A DNA stretch of 50,026 bases from Octopus sinensis (lineage: Eukaryota). Location of the stretch: positions 1 through 50,026 of the forward strand of contig NW_021834287.1 of the NCBI RefSeq assembly GCF_006345805.1, given 5' to 3'. Of this stretch, positions 45,766 to 50,026 are shown one piece after another. Position numbers and translations under genes: made by a program. Every line of letters starts with the position of its first letter. The stretch's first letter is position 1. The notes beneath the pieces are model-generated. The model searched no databases, was not told the origin of the DNA, and worked only from the letters and a program-made list of their open reading frames with translations.

Positions 45766-46234
45766 AAAATTTGAAATAAAAACAGTTTAAATCTGTTTCT
45801 TCCCTTACAATATTTCGAAAGTTACTTCCCCTTCACCGTTGTCTTCTCGAATCGTCTTCCGAACACATTCACTTCAGTTGCCTCCATTGAAAAGCAAAAA
45901 TCAAATTAATTTACAATTCATATCTTCTAATGAGTTCCTCTTTCGTCTTTTTTTCCAATCAATCCCCATAATTCTCTGTTGAGGTTCAACGTGAAATCTT
46001 TCTCTCGCTTTTACCTCTTTCTCTCTCTCACACACTCACACAGATATATATATATATACATATATATATACACATTTTTTTCTCTCTCTAGTTTCAACTC
46101 AGAGTTGCGGCCAAGCTGGTGCACCGCCGTTTTATGTCCCCTAACATTGTAGAACATTTTGCATTTCAATATGTTTATCATTTGTTTGGGTTATTATAAA
46201 AGTACGGAGTGCATTATGTTTATATATATATATA

Positions 46235-46615
46235 CTCTTTTACTCTTTTACTTGTTTCAGTCATTTGACTGCGGCCATGCTGGAGCACCGCCTTTAGTCG
46301 AGCAAATCGACCCCGGGACTTATTCTTTGTAAGCCCAGTACTTATTCTATCGGTCTGTTTTGCCGAACCGCTAAGTTACGGGGACGTAAATACACCAGCA
46401 TCGGTTGTCAAGCAATGCTAGGGGGACAAACAGACATACACACACATATATATATACACATATATACGACAGGCTTCTTTCAGTTTCCGTCTACCAAATC
46501 CACTCACAAGGCATTGGTCGGCCCGGGGCTATAGCAGAAGACACTTGCCCAAGATGCCACGCAGTGGGACAGAACCCGGTTGGTAAGCAAGCTACTTACC
46601 ACACTCCTGCGCCTT
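46235..46615 (-). mobile_element. SINE family A, near full-length
   Basis: Reverse complement of 12424-12837 with a short deletion in the head. Confidence 0.85.
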
Positions 46616-46628
46616 ATATATATATATT

Positions 46629-46689
<61 letters not shown>

Positions 46690-46907
46690 CAATACATGTG
46701 TATATGTAGGGCTAAAAAACCACTAGGGGACAGCCATATGCTAGAAGAAGATCACTAACGATCTAACTACAAAGAATGTTCTCCAGAGAAAATTCAGCGA
46801 ACACCAGAACATAGACGGGCAAGACAGATGAAAATTAGATAAAAATCAAGAATTAATTGTATACCGGAATGCTTCTCCCTCGGATATATGTTTTTCTACA
46901 GACGATT

Positions 46908-46969
<62 letters not shown>

Positions 46970-47154
46970 TTGATACTTTGATAGGTTTCGGGCATTATTG
47001 GCCCGGCCATGTCTAACTTAATAGCACCACCTGGTGAAGTCTTTCAAGTCAGAATTTGGGCACTATGGCCCACTAAGTAGATGAGTTATTGTTTACACAG
47101 AGACATATCCGGGTGTAGGGGGTTTATCCGGGATTTCTTGAAGGAATCTGTCCA

Positions 47155-47281
47155 AAGACTTCTTGAACCCTATAGGGTCAGTTTCTGTTTTAAGACTTCT
47201 TGAACCCTATAGGGTCAGTTTCTGTTTTAAGACTTCTTGAACCCTATAGGGTCAGTTTCTGTTTTAGACTTCTTGAACCCT

Positions 47282-47284
<3 letters not shown>
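47155..47284. repeat. 37-bp tandem repeat, 3.5 copies
   Basis: aagacttcttgaaccctatagggtcagtttctgtttt at 47155, 47192 and 47229, partial at 47266; each unit has the palindrome accctatagggt. Confidence 0.95.
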
Positions 47285-47313
<29 letters not shown>

Positions 47314-47930
47314 GTCCCTACTCCACCTTCCCTATCCTTCCCATTCCCCATATATATATATATACTTTTGCTCAATGCAATGGGCGGAGAATTGAGTAAC
47401 CATTAACCAAATTAATAGTCATAATTTACTTTAAAGTGTGGATGAAATAAATTTAACTCCAGCTTCCCCATTGTTATAAACACACAGTATGAATTTGATT
47501 CGATATGTGAGCGTATGTGCGCCAAAGTACGATGTGTGTATGCTTGTAGTCTACGTGCGCCATGCAACCCGCGCGAGGGCGTTTATATATCCATATCTGT
47601 AAACGATTATGCTTAACTCTTTTCTCGCTATCTTATGTATTCGTTACTTTTTGCATCTGTTATTTATTATTGATCCTATATTAAAATGAAGCTGTTATTC
47701 GAACGAGATACGTGTTGTAATCGCCTGATGAGACACATCCACACCGACGGATACTCCTAAATCAGTTGTTAAGTATCCCAACGTGAGAGATCGATGCTAG
47801 ATGTGTCGATACTATTGAAGTAATTAATAAAAATTCTCGTATCTTCCATCATCCGTTTCTGTCATTAATCGAATACATATGTACAGTAGAACCTCGGTTT
47901 TTGAACAACTCTGATCACGAATGAATCGTG

Positions 47931-47968
<38 letters not shown>

Positions 47969-47991
47969 CATGCATGTATGTATATACACAC

Positions 47992-48047
<56 letters not shown>

Positions 48048-48069
48048 CATATATATATATATACATAGA

Positions 48070-48164
<95 letters not shown>

Positions 48165-48899
48165 TTTATAAAGCACTATTTATTTACTATCACATATATA
48201 TAATTTTCGTGGTCATCTATAATATAAATTGGACATGGGCAATCGTTGTATTCTTTCTTGTCTTGAGGTTCAAAGCCAAACACCTGGGTGGATTCGCGTG
48301 AGAAATGACACACATGTGGAGACAGGTGCATAGATTGGAATGCAGTTTGTATTTTTTTTCTAGCCCTCCAGCTGTATGAACATTTCCTGACCCCCACTGC
48401 CCCTTGTCAGAAAACAGCTTTAGGAGTTGTGAAGAACAAATTTGTACGTAGTCTGTTTCTGAGAGCTATTCTATTGGACCTCTGTCTAATCATTAAAACA
48501 TTGATTTAATTATGAACATAGAAAGAAATTATACATTAATCCCTATTTTTGTAAGCAATTGTGTCCGTAAAAATGTTATTTGCAGAGAGCAGAAATTGAA
48601 AGAAGATATATGAAATGGACGTGTGTGCGTATTTTTACGATAGTTGATTTATGGAAAAGATTATGTTAAATTTTTGAAATGCAAATATGTGAATGAAAAT
48701 TAAGTTCAGACCTGTAAATGGTAGCTAGATCTGGTAGAAATAGCAGCCAAACTCCCTGAAAACACCCTACTGTCTTAATCCGACAATTCTGCCTATTGTC
48801 TAGTTTGAATGAGAAACTGTAACTAAAGATTAAGATTATTAATCTCACAAAGAGGTGAAAGAAGAGGGACAGCATAGCGAAAGTTTTGGCTGACTGTTA

Positions 48900-50026
48900 T
48901 CCTGTACTCCCCTTGTTGCTAGCGAAATGGTATATGCCGGCTGTGTTTTAATGGCGGAACGACACTGGAAAGGTCGTTTATGCAGATTATGAAGAGTAGC
49001 GGACCCAAGACAGTCCCCTGGGGGACACCGCTTGTGACTTTTGCTGGGCTTGAGTGGACTCCATCAACTACAACATGTTGTGTTTTATTAGCCAGGAAAT
49101 ACTTGATCCAGTGTAGAACTTTTCCGCGGATTCCAACATTTGCCAATTTTGAGAGTAGGATTGTTATGGTCTACCCCTGTCGAAACGCTTTACTGAAGTC
49201 AAGATATATGACATCAGAGTTCGAACCTGTTCCCAGGCTTTGAGTACATCTTCAATTGTGTGTGTAAGAGCTGTGTTAGACAGTCCCTGCCACAGCGAAA
49301 GCCATGCTGATTTGCATTTAGGAGTTTGTGGGTCTCCAGGAAGTCAGCTATCCTTGATCTTAACACTTTCAAACACTTTGATGATGTGGGAGGTGAGTGA
49401 GATTGGGCGATAGTTGAGTGCGAGGGATCTGTTTCCCTGTTTGAAAACCGGGATGACTGACTGGGATAGAAACTGTTTCGGTATATAACCTGCGTCTAAC
49501 AAATTTCTCCAGAAGTTGGTCAGAGGGACTGCAAGTTGGTGTCTACATTCCTTCAGGAGACTAGCGGGGAATCTACCAGGGCCTACATCAGAGTAGTATT
49601 TGATCTCATTTATTGCTGCTGTGATGTCAGTGGCAGTGAAGGTTATGTCTGAGATTTTATGTTGAGGGTCAACTTCGTTCACTTCTCTTACGTCACTATC
49701 AGTGGGAACACTAAAGAACAGAGCCAGTATTGTTTCTGCAGTATTTCTGCCATTTCTTAGCATCGTGTTGGGGAATGCCGTTATCATCAATCAATGGCCC
49801 AATGGGTGAGACAGTGGTTCTATGCTTATTTGCATAAGAATAGAACACTTTTGGGTTCTGTTTGATGTTTTTGATTACCCACTGTTCCTCCACAGCTCTT
49901 GATTTTCAATGGAGGTTTTCATGTCGTACTTTAGATGAAGTTTTTCCAGCTCTAGCCTTTTCATTGTTGTTAATTTGGATGTTGTATGTGGGAATATTTT
50001 AATTGGTTTATTTTTTTGTTGAGTCT
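48900..50026 (-). mobile_element. Degenerate CR1-type LINE fragment running off the window
   Basis: KQNPKVFYSY, GPGRFPASLLKEC, NYRPISLTSHIIKVFE, DFSKAFRQ, SGVPQGTVLGPLLF; many frameshifts. Confidence 0.85.

Noticed and set aside
47155-47284. CRISPR-like 37-bp palindromic repeat
   Set aside because: Units are directly adjacent with no spacers, no cas genes, eukaryotic context.

Overview
Repeat-dense, AT-rich eukaryotic genomic DNA. The SINE, LINE and microsatellite landscape suggests an octopus or other coleoid cephalopod (inference from repeat families, not verified). Two host genes stand out. (1) A very large, apparently intronless locus on + (4004-9465) encoding a short helical N-terminus plus several tandem, diverged NHL/6-bladed beta-propeller-like units. 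It is split into two overlapping ORFs by one -1 frameshift near 8275 (about 1820 aa if fused) and is bracketed by two same-orientation copies of a ~560-bp repeat. (2) A 4-exon gene on - (24217 to 16057) that the ORF track does not assemble. It encodes a ~203-aa secreted precursor: signal peptide, acidic Thr-rich propeptide, KR cleavage site, very basic EMI-like Cys module (CCPGY) and one calcium-binding EGF domain. It has phase-compatible GT-AG junctions, TATA/CCAAT boxes and a poly(A) signal. The rest is mobile DNA: R4/Dong-type REL LINEs in (AAT)n tracts, a nearly intact CR1-type LINE, an RTE fragment, a Penelope GIY-YIG fragment, a DD36E Tc1-like copy, a mariner with both TIRs, a hAT MITE with 8-bp TSD, a Helentron-like element, several SINE families, three near-perfect fold-back inverted repeats, a 33-bp core-motif minisatellite and a 2.3-kb (TATG)n array grown inside a SINE. 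No rRNA, functional tRNA or CRISPR array is supported.
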